A DNA stretch of 64,000 nucleotides. Origin: a virus (taxonomy: Duplodnaviria; Caudoviricetes). Positions 1-10,564 of the stretch are shown here, one piece after another. The DNA lies in the IMG/VR virus record IMGVR_UViG_3300042549_006840, positions 1,622-65,621 of that record; one strand, written 5' to 3'. Position 1 is the stretch's first letter. Each line of letters starts with the position of its first letter. Position numbers and translations under genes: made by a program. The notes under the pieces were generated by a model. That model made no database searches, was not told the DNA's origin, and saw nothing but the letters and a program-made list of their open reading frames with translations.

Positions 1-1
1 T

Positions 2-610
2 TAATACTTTAGTAGTCTTACCAGATGAAATCGTAGGATAGACAGAAGCAAAGAAGTCTTCTTGAATATTAGTTGGAACGAACGCGAACTCATCTAAGTA
101 AACTAAGTTAAAAGATCCACCACGAATTGCACTTGAAGTGGTTGAGCTTGCAAGAACCTTAGACCCGTTTTCTAATTCTAGGTTACCTTTGTTCCATTCA
201 ACAATACCTTGCTGCATCCATCTAGGTAAATGTTCGTAAGCTAACTGGATACGAGATAAGATTTCACGAGCTTGTCTTTCCTTGTTAGCAAGAATAGCAA
301 CATTATAATTTTCATTGAATAAGATTTGCCACAAGATCAATGATGCAACCGTTGTTGTCTTACCCACCTGACGAGGCATCTTTGCGACGACAAAGCGTTC
401 TTGAACAGCAGTGAGAACCATATCCTCTTGGAACTCCCACATCTTGAATGGGATTAAACCTTGGTCAACGTTAATAATTTTAACGTAAGATTTAATAAAA
501 TGGATTGGGTCTTTAGCGCACTTAATATACTCTCTGACTTGCTCAGGAGTATAGTCAATCTTTACATCAGACTTCTTAAGGTTCTTATTACCAAGATAGC
601 CTTCACTCAC
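2..610 (-). CDS. gp17: Terminase large subunit, N-terminal part (runs off the window)
   Basis: Manual translation from the GTG at 610: MSEGYLGNKNLKK...AKMPRQVGKTT (Walker A)...LVYLDEFAFVP (Walker B). Not in the ORF track because it is truncated. Confidence 0.95.
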   Translation of the reverse strand, partial: MSEGYLGNKNLKKSDVKIDYTPEQVREYIKCAKDPIHFIKSYVKIINVDQGLIPFKMWEFQEDMVLTAVQERFVVAKMPRQVGKTTTVASLILWQILFNENYNVAILANKERQAREILSRIQLAYEHLPRWMQQGIVEWNKGNLELENGSKVLASSTTSSAIRGGSFNLVYLDEFAFVPTNIQEDFFASVYPTISSGKTTKVL

Positions 611-990
611 TTATTGTCCTTCAACAACTTTAGCAGATCAGCAGTAGATCCAAGATATAGATTGTTGTTTACGGTTTGTGGACCACCATTATCTACCTTC
701 TCAAGATCTTTTCTTTTCTTAGCAAGCTCGAGTAAGTCTTTATTAGCGTCGGCAACCGCTTTAACCAGCGTTGCAACGACTTCATAGCTTCTTGGATGCT
801 GACTCATACCAGCGACGTCGAGAATGCCACTGAGGGCTTCCTGACCCTTTTCAATGACAGCAATCATATTGCCTCTTGCATATTCATAATCATCTACAAT
901 GTTATCTTGAGCAGCTTTCTTATTGTCTTCGATTGGTTGAAGATCTAAGCTGTTCGCAATAACATCAAGATTTTGTGATGATGTATCCAT
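607..990 (-). CDS. gp16: Terminase small subunit
   Basis: DDYEYARGN...HPRSYEV...NNNLYLGSTADLLK motifs; lies between gp15 and gp17. Start placed at MDTSS. Confidence 0.9.
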   Translation of the reverse strand: MDTSSQNLDVIANSLDLQPIEDNKKAAQDNIVDDYEYARGNMIAVIEKGQEALSGILDVAGMSQHPRSYEVVATLVKAVADANKDLLELAKKRKDLEKVDNGGPQTVNNNLYLGSTADLLKLLKDNK

Positions 991-1801
991 AATTATCGTT
1001 TGCATTAATTTGATCCGAACTCACTGACAACGAAGCATTAGATGTTGGCGAACCATTGGCTAACATTCCAGGTGTGATAGTAATACTTTCAACAACATCC
1101 AGATTTCCAACTGCATCGTCTATATTAGTATATGTAGATGTATCGTAGAAGTTAACGTTTGCAAGTTTAATTAGTTGTCCACCGCTTGATCCACTTGCAG
1201 GTCTTGTAGGACCAAAAATGTAACCCTTCATCGTAAAACTCAAAGTCCAAACAATAGATCTTCTTTCTTCAAAATTACCTTCGTAAGTATCTTCAGAAGA
1301 AACAGCATTTAATACAATAGGAACATCAAGCTTAATTCCCAACTCTGGAATTAAGTCTACTGTGGAGTTCCAGTTAGGTGTAAAAAAAGGAAGAATCTGC
1401 TCTAAGATTCTAGTACCATCATCTGCATTCTTTACAGCAATAGAAAGAATAAAGTTTAAGTCATATGGTACAGGTGTATACTGATACTTAGCAGCATTTG
1501 TATCGTTAGGATTAGCTGCTACAATTTTTCCTATAGTATTGAGCTTTCTCGTTGGTCCGTAATTGAGATCTGTTAACTCAAAACTCATTCTTGGAAGAAC
1601 AATAGCTGGTCTATTTAAGTTTGGATCAGCATCCAACCTAGCAAGCATCTTTTCCTTGGGACCGTAAGAGATAGGAACTTTAATAGTTTGGGTAACACTA
1701 CCATCAGTGTCAACTCTATTGATATGAATATCGTTAAACAGAGTACCAAAAAGTATTACATACCTTCTAATGGTGTTATGATAAAATGTATGGCCTAGCA
1801 T
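965..1801 (-). CDS. gp15: Tail completion / sheath terminator protein
   Basis: FYHNTIRRYVILFGTLFNDI, VPISYGPKEK, LPRMSFE, EQILPFFTP motifs; T4 synteny. Confidence 0.92.
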   Translation of the reverse strand: MLGHTFYHNTIRRYVILFGTLFNDIHINRVDTDGSVTQTIKVPISYGPKEKMLARLDADPNLNRPAIVLPRMSFELTDLNYGPTRKLNTIGKIVAANPNDTNAAKYQYTPVPYDLNFILSIAVKNADDGTRILEQILPFFTPNWNSTVDLIPELGIKLDVPIVLNAVSSEDTYEGNFEERRSIVWTLSFTMKGYIFGPTRPASGSSGGQLIKLANVNFYDTSTYTNIDDAVGNLDVVESITITPGMLANGSPTSNASLSVSSDQINANDNYGYIITKS

Positions 1802-2529
1802 TAGTACCTACCTCCTTCACTGAAGGGATCAGCTTCTGTAAAGTCTAAGAAGTCATCAGATTCAGTTTGAACATCAAAGTTATCTGAAAGTACATCTTGT
1901 ACTTCTAAATTAAATTCTTCACTCACTAATGAATATCCGTCTTCCATTTTGATTTCCAAACCACTCTCTGTGAGAATGGCAAAAGCATTCATTGCATCAG
2001 AATACTTGTTTTCTAAATCATCTATTGCATCAAAACCAGTATTCATTCTCTCGTTGCTGTATTCAAACAACTCACACTTCAAATCATACATTTGCAAAGA
2101 ACCCATCTGATAAAAGACAGGTTCTTGCTCAACAAACTTAATTTGGAATACTTTATTATTGAGAGGAAGGAAAATCAAATCACCTTCTTGAGGTCTTGTA
2201 TATCCATAGTTATAGTACTGAACTTCGTTTTCAAATGTTCTTCTAGCAATAGTTAATGTAATTTGATCTCGAATCTCAACATTGAACTTAGATAGGAAGT
2301 CACCTTCACCTGCAAAACCTTCTACATTCTTAACATACATCTCAACCATGTAAGATTTATTGTACTCAGAAAGAGAGTCTTCGCCGTAGATTTTATCTTT
2401 GTTAACTAGAGTTCTAGGAATATACCAACAATCAAGACCATAAATCTTGATTGATTCTATTACCAAATCATCAATAAGCAACTGCTCTTGAGATGATTGA
2501 AAGTTATTGAAAAAGAAGTTGGTGGACAA
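1801..2529 (-). CDS. gp14: Neck protein
   Basis: EQLLIDDLVIESIKIYG, PQEGDLIFLP, YDLKCELFEYS motifs; synteny. Confidence 0.92.
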   Translation of the reverse strand: MSTNFFFNNFQSSQEQLLIDDLVIESIKIYGLDCWYIPRTLVNKDKIYGEDSLSEYNKSYMVEMYVKNVEGFAGEGDFLSKFNVEIRDQITLTIARRTFENEVQYYNYGYTRPQEGDLIFLPLNNKVFQIKFVEQEPVFYQMGSLQMYDLKCELFEYSNERMNTGFDAIDDLENKYSDAMNAFAILTESGLEIKMEDGYSLVSEEFNLEVQDVLSDNFDVQTESDDFLDFTEADPFSEGGRY

Positions 2530-2534
2530 TTACA

Positions 2535-3278
2535 TCACCCAATCATGTCTGCAACAGGCAATGAGTAGCTGCTGATCATTTCTTGTTCTAGCTTCTCGAT
2601 AGCTTTTTCAGCATCATCTAAAATCTTTTCGCCGTTGAATTGAACACCCCCAGGAAGAACCATGCCTGTAAACTTTGTTAAGTTGGATCCCCACTGATAC
2701 TTAATCTTCTGTGTGGTGTATTCTTGCAACCAACGATCACCCCAAGCATTAGTATATGTGTCGGGGTCGATCACTTCGTATGCTTCAATCATTAAGAACT
2801 GACCAACATCAATCTTGGTCCAATCCATATCTACATGAAGCTTGTTGGTATGTCTGTTGTATCTAATAGGTTGCTGACCAACTAATAGTTCTGTAATAGT
2901 TCCTAGGTGCTGCATAGCCATATAATAAGGCAGCAGGGAAACAGTAGTCAGTTGATACAAATCGTTAAGGGCAATCTGGTAGCGAATGTTAAACATATCG
3001 CTAGCTCTGAGAGATGGATCACCAATTTGGAATATACGAATTGCTCCGATAATGTTTTCGGGCAATGTAATATATTTGTCGATCTTTGTTTGATCAGTAA
3101 TTAAGTGCTTATAATAAGTCTTCTCAGTTCCATCAAAGTGGTAATCCCAGTAATATCTAATACACTCATCAATTCTGTCGTCTACTTGATCATCATCGAC
3201 GTTAATTTCAATTACTGGTTTACCAAGTTTGCGTAGGCAATATTCTTTGAAGGTTGCTCTGCTTGTAGGTACAGCCAT
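2535..3278 (-). CDS. gp13: Neck protein
   Basis: YCLRKLGKPVIEINVDDDQVDDRI and KYQWGSNLTKF..LPGGVQFNG motifs. Confidence 0.93.
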   Translation of the reverse strand: MAVPTSRATFKEYCLRKLGKPVIEINVDDDQVDDRIDECIRYYWDYHFDGTEKTYYKHLITDQTKIDKYITLPENIIGAIRIFQIGDPSLRASDMFNIRYQIALNDLYQLTTVSLLPYYMAMQHLGTITELLVGQQPIRYNRHTNKLHVDMDWTKIDVGQFLMIEAYEVIDPDTYTNAWGDRWLQEYTTQKIKYQWGSNLTKFTGMVLPGGVQFNGEKILDDAEKAIEKLEQEMISSYSLPVADMIG

Positions 3279-3321
3279 AAAAATCTCCTTATACTCAAGG
3301 TATTTAGGAGATTTTTATTTG

Positions 3322-4590
3322 TTAGATATTCTTGGTATGTGGCAGGCGTTCACCGCCTTCTTTGTTAGCTACAATCCAAGCAGTGGTAACACACACATTC
3401 AAATTCTTCAACCACTCATTGGGAAACCATGTTTCTCTTCTAAATTCTTGGAACTTGATGTCCTTGTTTCTAATGAAGTTAGCCAAGTATGAATTAGTGT
3501 AATATAAGAAACTATTTTCATTCCAGTAACTAACGTGAGTCGGATCTTGGAATGCACCACGGCCGTCTGTACTAGGTACTTCAATGAAAGCCCATCCACC
3601 ATGAGCAAGAACGCGGTGGATCTCGCTCATTGTTTTAGTCTTATCTCTAAGATGTTCAATAACGTGGCTAGCATTAATTACACCAACACTATTATCGGGC
3701 AGAGGAATACCATCGTTAAGATCACAAGTGATATCTGCACCTTCTTGGTCAATCGTCAGATAGCCAGGACGAGGGTTCAAGCCACCACCAATATCAATCA
3801 TCTTCAGACCTTTGTCTTTAGCATCTTTCTCAGCCAAAGCTTGAGCATACTGAGCAAACAATTGAATAGTCTTTTGTTGGATAGCTGCATTACGCTCTAA
3901 CCATGTATTGTCACCAGTGATTCGGTAGATGTACAACACTTCAGGAATATGGTGCATCTTTGTAGCCAAGTATGTACGGATACACAACTCGTGGTCATCA
4001 CAAATAGAAAGCTCAGGATTGTGGCCACCAATCTCCACATAAACATCTTTACGCCAAGCTCTTACATGGTCAGGTGCATACCAAATGTAACCCAAGCTGT
4101 GGCTTGATGGCTCAAAGCTGTTCATTGCAAACAGTAACTTATCTTTCCACTTAAACATTCTATGTTTCCAGCCATATGCCTCGTTGTATGGAATGAACTT
4201 GTCTTCCATGTGATTAACGGCATTGTCACTGTAGCAGAATCCAACAGACTCATCTTGGAACGCTTTGTTTAACTTCTCCAAACAAACATCCACTAACTCA
4301 TCATCATGGTCTACTTCAACGAGAATGTCACCTGTTCCAGCATGGAAAGCTTTGTTCTTCAAGTAACCGATGTTGGGGTTGGATTCACCTTCGATGATAG
4401 TTACTTTTAAGTCAGCTAGAATATCCAAAGGTAAATCAGTTTTATTGAAACCATTGTTTAAATATAAAATCCATTCCCAGTTATCATATGTTTGCTTTTT
4501 AATGCTATCATATAGCTCAAGCAAGAAGGGAATGTTCTTAACGCTGTGTTCAGGTGTAATTAAACTAAATTTGTAATTATGCATGGTCAA
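3322..4590 (-). CDS. GT2-like glycosyltransferase fused to a class I SAM methyltransferase
   Basis: N-terminal FSLITP, EVDHDD (DxD) and CDDHELCIR; C-terminal IDIGGG, ASHVIEHL, EIHRVL..GG and DPTH. Confidence 0.8.
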   Translation of the reverse strand: MTMHNYKFSLITPEHSVKNIPFLLELYDSIKKQTYDNWEWILYLNNGFNKTDLPLDILADLKVTIIEGESNPNIGYLKNKAFHAGTGDILVEVDHDDELVDVCLEKLNKAFQDESVGFCYSDNAVNHMEDKFIPYNEAYGWKHRMFKWKDKLLFAMNSFEPSSHSLGYIWYAPDHVRAWRKDVYVEIGGHNPELSICDDHELCIRTYLATKMHHIPEVLYIYRITGDNTWLERNAAIQQKTIQLFAQYAQALAEKDAKDKGLKMIDIGGGLNPRPGYLTIDQEGADITCDLNDGIPLPDNSVGVINASHVIEHLRDKTKTMSEIHRVLAHGGWAFIEVPSTDGRGAFQDPTHVSYWNENSFLYYTNSYLANFIRNKDIKFQEFRRETWFPNEWLKNLNVCVTTAWIVANKEGGERLPHTKNI

Positions 4591-5134
4591 AAAAGAATAG
4601 GTGAGTTAATCGGCAGTTATCATCATTGTTTCCGAAGTACATCGACGCTGAATGAATACATCTAGCATCCATGATGCATAGTCTATTATAAACGTTACCA
4701 ATACTATCAATCAACTCGAACTGTGAGGAGTCATAAAATCCTCTTGGAAAGCTTTCGTCGATTCTTGGATCTTCCAATCTATTTGCCCCAGTAATCTTTG
4801 ATCTATACAAAGACGTTCCACTACCTGGAGGAGCATCAGGAGTCAAGTAAATCATGGCAGCCCATTGTTGAGTGTCATAATGATAAACAAGAGGATCCTG
4901 AGCTGTGAGGAATTGGAACCTACCACACATTCCATGTTCGTTAAGTGGTTTCAGTTTCCTATTCATAATATCTTCAAACGACTCTTGGATACCAGGAAAG
5001 TTATACTGCTCTTTCGATCTCTTTCCTTTGTACCATTGAGAACTTCCCTCATACTCAATACCCATTGCGAACGCTCTCACATCGTCTGGGTTTGAGTAGA
5101 AATTATCTACAACAAACAGTCTCTTATCCATCAC
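4577..5134 (-). CDS. 2OG-Fe(II) oxygenase-like protein (DUF6445-like)
   Basis: VVDNFYSNPD start, HYD (HxD), distal H in CIHSA, and RLTHLFFFD. Confidence 0.7.
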   Translation of the reverse strand: MMDKRLFVVDNFYSNPDDVRAFAMGIEYEGSSQWYKGKRSKEQYNFPGIQESFEDIMNRKLKPLNEHGMCGRFQFLTAQDPLVYHYDTQQWAAMIYLTPDAPPGSGTSLYRSKITGANRLEDPRIDESFPRGFYDSSQFELIDSIGNVYNRLCIMDARCIHSASMYFGNNDDNCRLTHLFFFDHA

Positions 5135-7635
5135 ATGCTCACTTTCAAATTAAATTGTGGATTGCTAACCTCGGGGTTTGTCTTCTTTGCATTAGCTTGG
5201 GCAATCTGATGAAGCTCGTGCACATATGTTCCAGTGTCAGGGTAGCATTGTGATTCAATAATAAACGACAAAGCTGGGAAAGGATTCTTTCTACTTGGAT
5301 TGGTCATCTTATTAGTAACCAAGAACATTTTGTCATAATCCCGAAGATCATTATAGATTTCAGCAATGTTTGTCAAATGCTCATTTCGCATTGAGCAGAA
5401 GTCTTCTGCCAATTCAAGATACTTAAGCGCGTTTTGATGATCACCAAGGTAACGATAAGAGTTACCGACCATCATCATTGCATAGTAACCCATCTCATCC
5501 ATTCTATCTGCTCTACCGGTAGCAGCAAAGTTATGGGTTACATCTAAGAACTCCAAACAATAGAAAATACATCTACGAGCCAACTCGTTGTTGTGATTCT
5601 GTTTCAAAGGCAAGTCAACAGCTTTAAATGCATCATAATAGCTCTTACCAATGTACCAGAAGTGATACAAGTCTGTCAACATCGTACCATCTTTAATCAT
5701 CTTCTCTTCTAGTTTCAACGCGTCTGAGACATACTTTGTTGGTGATGACCAGCTTTCGCCATCATCAAATCCAACTTGTCTATAAGACATTGGAAGGTTA
5801 TATTTCCTAAAGTTCTCACCCATGCCTTCAATGTCCAACACAATCGTTTCATGTGCTGTGTCGTGATTGAATCTCCAAGGAAGCTTAGCATTCCAGATCC
5901 ATGCTCTTTGGTAAACCGTGCTACCTGATTTTGCTGGAACATGGAAGCTGTGGAGGTTCTTATCATCGAAGACACTCCAGTCAAAGTCATCATCCACCTC
6001 AAGAACCTCGTCACAATCCATCTTAAGGATCCAGTCACATCCATGATCGGTATTACGAACTTTCTGAAGCAAATGATCTCTATTCCATCCAAAGCCAATC
6101 CAGCCTTCTTCTACATTATAAACATATCCAGGAATGTTTTTATCTTTAAAGAATTCAGCAACAACTTGTGGAGTGCCGTCTGTCGATCCATTGTCTTGGA
6201 TCACATAGTAATCAATGTACTTGTAGCAAGATTCAAGCATACGACCAATAGTCTTAGCCTCATTCTTAAACATTGTCATCATTACAAACTTAGCTTTTTT
6301 ATTGCTTATCATAGGTCTATTCTCAATTCTCACAGGGTTGTCGTCATTAATAATATATTCATGTGGTGAATACGTTCTCATCGTGTACTTGCAAAAGTCA
6401 TTTGTATTATAGAAGTTAAAACGTTTTGGGTGACCGGTACCAACCCAAAGTTCACTTCTCCATCTCGTCCAGCCATTGAGAGGATCGTACAAATAATTAG
6501 GATCTAGTTTGCTAACATAAGAAGCATTAGCCCACCAATAGTTACCAGCGTAATGTCCAGTATCTTGCCAAGTAGTCTCACCTGTTGCTTGATTAACTAA
6601 ACCAGACTCATGGATCCACTCTGTACCGGAACAATCATAGTTCTTGAGATAATCCAGGTTTCTTTCCCACTCATGAATAATAAAGTATTCAAGGTAGTGT
6701 CTCCACGCATCAACATTATAACGATGGATGGATCCTTCTTGAGTAGCTCCTTTAGTGTGAAAGTACATTACCCTGTAGTCTGGATTCTCTTTGCTGAACT
6801 CCCACATTGATCTCAAAGTATCGGCTTCAAGTATTGTGTTTTCGTTATACTTGATTCTCATCTTTGGTAAAGTAGATGGGAGTTCATCACCACCATTGAT
6901 ACCAACATGCACAAAGTCACAAGCACCATACAAACCACTCACACATAAGGAGTTAATCTGTTCTTGATAAAGCCTTTTCCACTCACCAAACTGCCCCACA
7001 TGATAGAACACGGCAATCTTATTATCAGGTACTTCTTCACGCCTCTTGATGACAAGAACGATATCATCAAACCTGCCTTTGACACCTCTAAGATCTACAA
7101 TTTCAGCTTCAATGTGTCTTAACTTAGGAACCATCTCATAGAGTTCTTGAGCATATTCAATGCTTGCAATATCCTCAATGATCAAACAACCATCCGTCTT
7201 CAAAAGACCAAGGTACAAATCAATGCATTGACCTTGGCTTTTCAGGGTGTGTGGACCATCGTCAATGATAACGTCAAATCCATTAGGATGTAGATTCTTT
7301 ACATCCCGCATAGTGTATTGATCGTAAGCGTCTTTAATCAAATAGTTGACTCTAAGGGGATCAAGTTTCTCCTTAATATGATCATGCATCTTGTCTTCGT
7401 TATCAAGAAGACATAATTTAAAGTTAGGTAACAACTCATGCCAAAGGAGAGATGATCCTCCATACTGGACACCAATCTCCAAGAGAGCACCTGCTTTTGT
7501 TACATACTTTGATAAAGCATTTCCATAAACATCTACGTAAGAGTGGTTAGTATTTTTATCAGTACCACCAGGCTTATCATGTCCGTTAATATCTAACTTA
7601 TCAAGAAGCTCAATAATCTTATCAGAACAACTCAT
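5131..7635 (-). CDS. Multidomain protein: methyltransferase, glycosyltransferase-like domain, GT2 domain and TPR-like tail
   Basis: LEIGVQYGGS/IIDDGPH (methyltransferase); YFHTKG middle domain; FKNEAKTI..DNGSTDGT..MDCDE (GT2); helical C-terminus. Confidence 0.75.
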   Translation of the reverse strand: MSCSDKIIELLDKLDINGHDKPGGTDKNTNHSYVDVYGNALSKYVTKAGALLEIGVQYGGSSLLWHELLPNFKLCLLDNEDKMHDHIKEKLDPLRVNYLIKDAYDQYTMRDVKNLHPNGFDVIIDDGPHTLKSQGQCIDLYLGLLKTDGCLIIEDIASIEYAQELYEMVPKLRHIEAEIVDLRGVKGRFDDIVLVIKRREEVPDNKIAVFYHVGQFGEWKRLYQEQINSLCVSGLYGACDFVHVGINGGDELPSTLPKMRIKYNENTILEADTLRSMWEFSKENPDYRVMYFHTKGATQEGSIHRYNVDAWRHYLEYFIIHEWERNLDYLKNYDCSGTEWIHESGLVNQATGETTWQDTGHYAGNYWWANASYVSKLDPNYLYDPLNGWTRWRSELWVGTGHPKRFNFYNTNDFCKYTMRTYSPHEYIINDDNPVRIENRPMISNKKAKFVMMTMFKNEAKTIGRMLESCYKYIDYYVIQDNGSTDGTPQVVAEFFKDKNIPGYVYNVEEGWIGFGWNRDHLLQKVRNTDHGCDWILKMDCDEVLEVDDDFDWSVFDDKNLHSFHVPAKSGSTVYQRAWIWNAKLPWRFNHDTAHETIVLDIEGMGENFRKYNLPMSYRQVGFDDGESWSSPTKYVSDALKLEEKMIKDGTMLTDLYHFWYIGKSYYDAFKAVDLPLKQNHNNELARRCIFYCLEFLDVTHNFAATGRADRMDEMGYYAMMMVGNSYRYLGDHQNALKYLELAEDFCSMRNEHLTNIAEIYNDLRDYDKMFLVTNKMTNPSRKNPFPALSFIIESQCYPDTGTYVHELHQIAQANAKKTNPEVSNPQFNLKVSM

Positions 7636-8354
7636 TACAACTTTGATCTTTCTTCAATAAATTTTAAAACACTTGGATCATTTTGTTGAGCTTCGGAAGC
7701 TGCATACAAAGCTCTTTGTCTTGTATCAACATCTCCTGGTGGATCTGTCAAATAATACATCGCAATACTTTTCCTGTATACATCATCAGGACAAGTTAGA
7801 GGATCGTTAAAACCGTGCCACGAATTTTGAGTTGTGTCAAAAAGAATGGCTCTGTTAAATTTATATTCTACTGTCTTAATTTTTTCAAGAGGTATGTTGT
7901 TTGCAGGATCATGTGACCACAAATCTAAACCACCGCCCCACTCTGGATTCCAATCATGAGTAAGGTAGATAATGATGTTTAATTTTCTTTGGAGCTTTAG
8001 CTTTGGATGGATTGAGTAATCCTTGTGGATGTTAAGCTTTCCACCACGTCCATGGATGTGCCACCCTGCACCGTGAAGACCTATATCAGGATACAGTTTT
8101 TCAATGCCTGTAATTTGTCTTAACCTATCAATGAATTCTTCCGAATTGAGATAGGCCATGTACTTGTATGTCTCAGATGGAAAAAAGTACCACTTGTTTG
8201 AAGTCTTTTTGTGCTCAAGCGGATTGTTATAACAATACCACTTGGGATCATTGTAATCCATAAACTCAGAAGATAGTTTATTAGCTAGATCATCTTCTAG
8301 AAAATCATCTATGATGATATGGTCAAAAGGATTGTTATTCATTAAGTATTCCAT
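7635..8354 (-). CDS. 2OG-Fe(II) oxygenase (prolyl-hydroxylase-like fold)
   Basis: IHKD (HxD), WGGGLDLW, FNRAILFDT..SWHG and RKSIAMYY. Confidence 0.85.
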   Translation of the reverse strand: MEYLMNNNPFDHIIIDDFLEDDLANKLSSEFMDYNDPKWYCYNNPLEHKKTSNKWYFFPSETYKYMAYLNSEEFIDRLRQITGIEKLYPDIGLHGAGWHIHGRGGKLNIHKDYSIHPKLKLQRKLNIIIYLTHDWNPEWGGGLDLWSHDPANNIPLEKIKTVEYKFNRAILFDTTQNSWHGFNDPLTCPDDVYRKSIAMYYLTDPPGDVDTRQRALYAASEAQQNDPSVLKFIEERSKL

Positions 8355-8368
8355 AATATATTTTACTT

Positions 8369-8397
8369 ATCATACCACCATCTAACAAAAAGGTCAA
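8369..8397 (-). promoter_or_regulatory. Sigma70-type promoter for the modification cassette
   Basis: TTGACC-17 nt-TATGAT with an extended TG, just upstream of the ATG at 8354. Confidence 0.65.
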
Positions 8398-8417
8398 CTT
8401 ATTGACCTAGATTAAAC

Positions 8418-10454
8418 TCAAGGTTTATTTTTATTTAGATCGTCAAATTTACGGTTCAATTCTTTAATAGCTTCTACTATTAACGGAATTAACTTCTCGT
8501 AATAAATTGTAAGATATCTCTCATCCACAGGAGCGGGTACGACAATTTCAGGTAGAATCTTTTGAACTTCTTGAGCTGAAAGGCCGACTTCTCTCAATAC
8601 TTCATAACCCATAGACTTAGCAAGTTCATTGGCCTGGTAATAGAACCCATTTAGTTGGTTTATCTTATCTAATGGACTTTCGATGTTACCAAGTTTGGTT
8701 TTTAGTCTGTCATCAGAGTAATAAGCTGTAATGTTACCTGTGGCTCTAATTTCACCTTGAGCACCAGCCGCTGTATTGACACCAAGTGAATTAATTTGTG
8801 GTGTTGAACCAGAAGTTAAACCTGAACCTTGAGCTCCTTGAGCACCTGCAGCTCCTTGAACACCTTGGAAGCCTTGAGCCCCTAAAACACCTTGAACACC
8901 CTGGAACCCTTGACGACCTTGAGCACCCTGAACACCAATTACACCCTGGACACCTTGTGCACCCTGGACACCGATTACACCCTGAGCTCCAATAACACCT
9001 TGACGGCCTTGAGCACCTTGAATACCTTGGTTGCCCTGAGCACCCAATACACCTTGAACACCCTGTGCACCCTGGACTCCAGCATTACCTTGTGCTCCAA
9101 CAGCGCCCTGAACCCCTTGGAAACCCTGTGCACCCAGGACACCCTGAGCACCAGTAGCACCTTGAACACCCTGTGCACCCTGAACACCAATTACACCCTG
9201 GACACCTTGAGCACCTTGACGACCTTGAGCTCCTTGGACACCTAAGTCACCTTGACGACCTTGAGCACCCTGAACACCAATCACACCTTGGACGCCCTGA
9301 GCTCCTTGAACACCTGTAGCACCTTGTGCACCGATGGCACCTTGAACACCCTGAGCACCTTGAACACCAATGACACCTTGGACACCCTGTGCTCCTTGAA
9401 CACCCTGAGAACCAGTAGCTCCTTGAACACCTTGAGCACCTTGGACACCAATTACACCCTGGACTCCCTGAGCACCTTGAATACCTTGATTACCTTGAGC
9501 ACCCAACACACCTTGAACGCCCTGAGCACCCTGTACACCAATAGTACCCTGAACACCTTGAGCCCCCTGAACGCCCTGAGCACCTTGTACACCTTGGAAG
9601 CCTTGGACACCCTGAAAGCCTTGAACACCCTGTACTCCTTGTACACCCTGGAAGCCTTGAACACCTTGAAAACCCTGAGGTCCTGTATCACCCTTATCAC
9701 CAGTTCTAGCAAATGTGATGATTGTGTTTGTATTATCCGACCAGGAATTGCTTCCTGAAATGAATGCTACAGGAACACTAAAGTAGTGTGTGCTATGAGT
9801 ATGTAATCCTGTGATTGTAAACAGAGCATAGTGGTCCGTATTTGACACTTCTGTAATTGTGAAGTGGCCTTTGATTGCTGACGTTGAGTCATCAATTGTT
9901 TGCAAGAAGCTGTATATGTTGGCTGATGGTGTTGCTCCATCTTGCTGGTCAATATAAAGGTTTGCTGCAGCTGCTATGTTAGCATTGCTAAACCTAATGA
10001 AACCATCACCAGGTTCTGAGTTTGTTGTATCACTATCATAAGTGAATTCAAAAGCAGCACCACCAAATGCTCCTGTTTGACCTTGGTATCCCTGAACACC
10101 CTGTGAGCCTTGAGCACCTTGTGATCCCTGAGCTCCAGTAGTGCCTTGAACACCCTGAGCACCCTGCACACCAGCATTGCCCTGTGCTCCTAAAGTTCCT
10201 TGAACACCCTGGAAGCCTTGTACACCTTGGTGACCCTGTGCTCCTTGAACACCCTGATCTCCTTGGATACCTTGAACACCCTGTGCTCCTTGACGTCCTT
10301 GAGCTCCTTGAACGCCCTGAGCACCCTGGACACCTTGAGGACCCATACTAACGTTAAGAATGTCCCATGCGCCACTTACACCATTGTATTTCCAAGTTCT
10401 TGAACCTAGAGAATATGTTTGGTTATTAGCTGGTGATGATGGGAAATCCAACAT
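8418..10454 (-). CDS. Collagen-like fibre protein with C-terminal intramolecular chaperone (peptidase S74-like)
   Basis: Long G-X-Q tracts, one globular insert, and YYSDDRLKT...GLSAQEV...YEKLIPLIVEAIKEL. Confidence 0.85.
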   Translation of the reverse strand: MLDFPSSPANNQTYSLGSRTWKYNGVSGAWDILNVSMGPQGVQGAQGVQGAQGRQGAQGVQGIQGDQGVQGAQGHQGVQGFQGVQGTLGAQGNAGVQGAQGVQGTTGAQGSQGAQGSQGVQGYQGQTGAFGGAAFEFTYDSDTTNSEPGDGFIRFSNANIAAAANLYIDQQDGATPSANIYSFLQTIDDSTSAIKGHFTITEVSNTDHYALFTITGLHTHSTHYFSVPVAFISGSNSWSDNTNTIITFARTGDKGDTGPQGFQGVQGFQGVQGVQGVQGFQGVQGFQGVQGAQGVQGAQGVQGTIGVQGAQGVQGVLGAQGNQGIQGAQGVQGVIGVQGAQGVQGATGSQGVQGAQGVQGVIGVQGAQGVQGAIGAQGATGVQGAQGVQGVIGVQGAQGRQGDLGVQGAQGRQGAQGVQGVIGVQGAQGVQGATGAQGVLGAQGFQGVQGAVGAQGNAGVQGAQGVQGVLGAQGNQGIQGAQGRQGVIGAQGVIGVQGAQGVQGVIGVQGAQGRQGFQGVQGVLGAQGFQGVQGAAGAQGAQGSGLTSGSTPQINSLGVNTAAGAQGEIRATGNITAYYSDDRLKTKLGNIESPLDKINQLNGFYYQANELAKSMGYEVLREVGLSAQEVQKILPEIVVPAPVDERYLTIYYEKLIPLIVEAIKELNRKFDDLNKNKP

Positions 10455-10503
10455 TAATTTTTATCCTTGATCCTTTGAAACACTATTCAATAGCTGCTAA
10501 ATT

Positions 10504-10535
10504 AATCCTACAGAAGCAAGCCTCTGTAGGATTTT
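10504..10535. terminator. Intergenic hairpin, probable terminator
   Basis: AATCCTACAGA/TCTGTAGGATT 11-bp inverted repeat between the two fibre genes. Confidence 0.55.
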
Positions 10536-10564
10536 AGTAACATACTTCATTTTTAAAAAGAAGA

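Noticed and set aside
461-787. 108-aa + strand ORF
   Set aside because: Antisense to gp16 and gp17.
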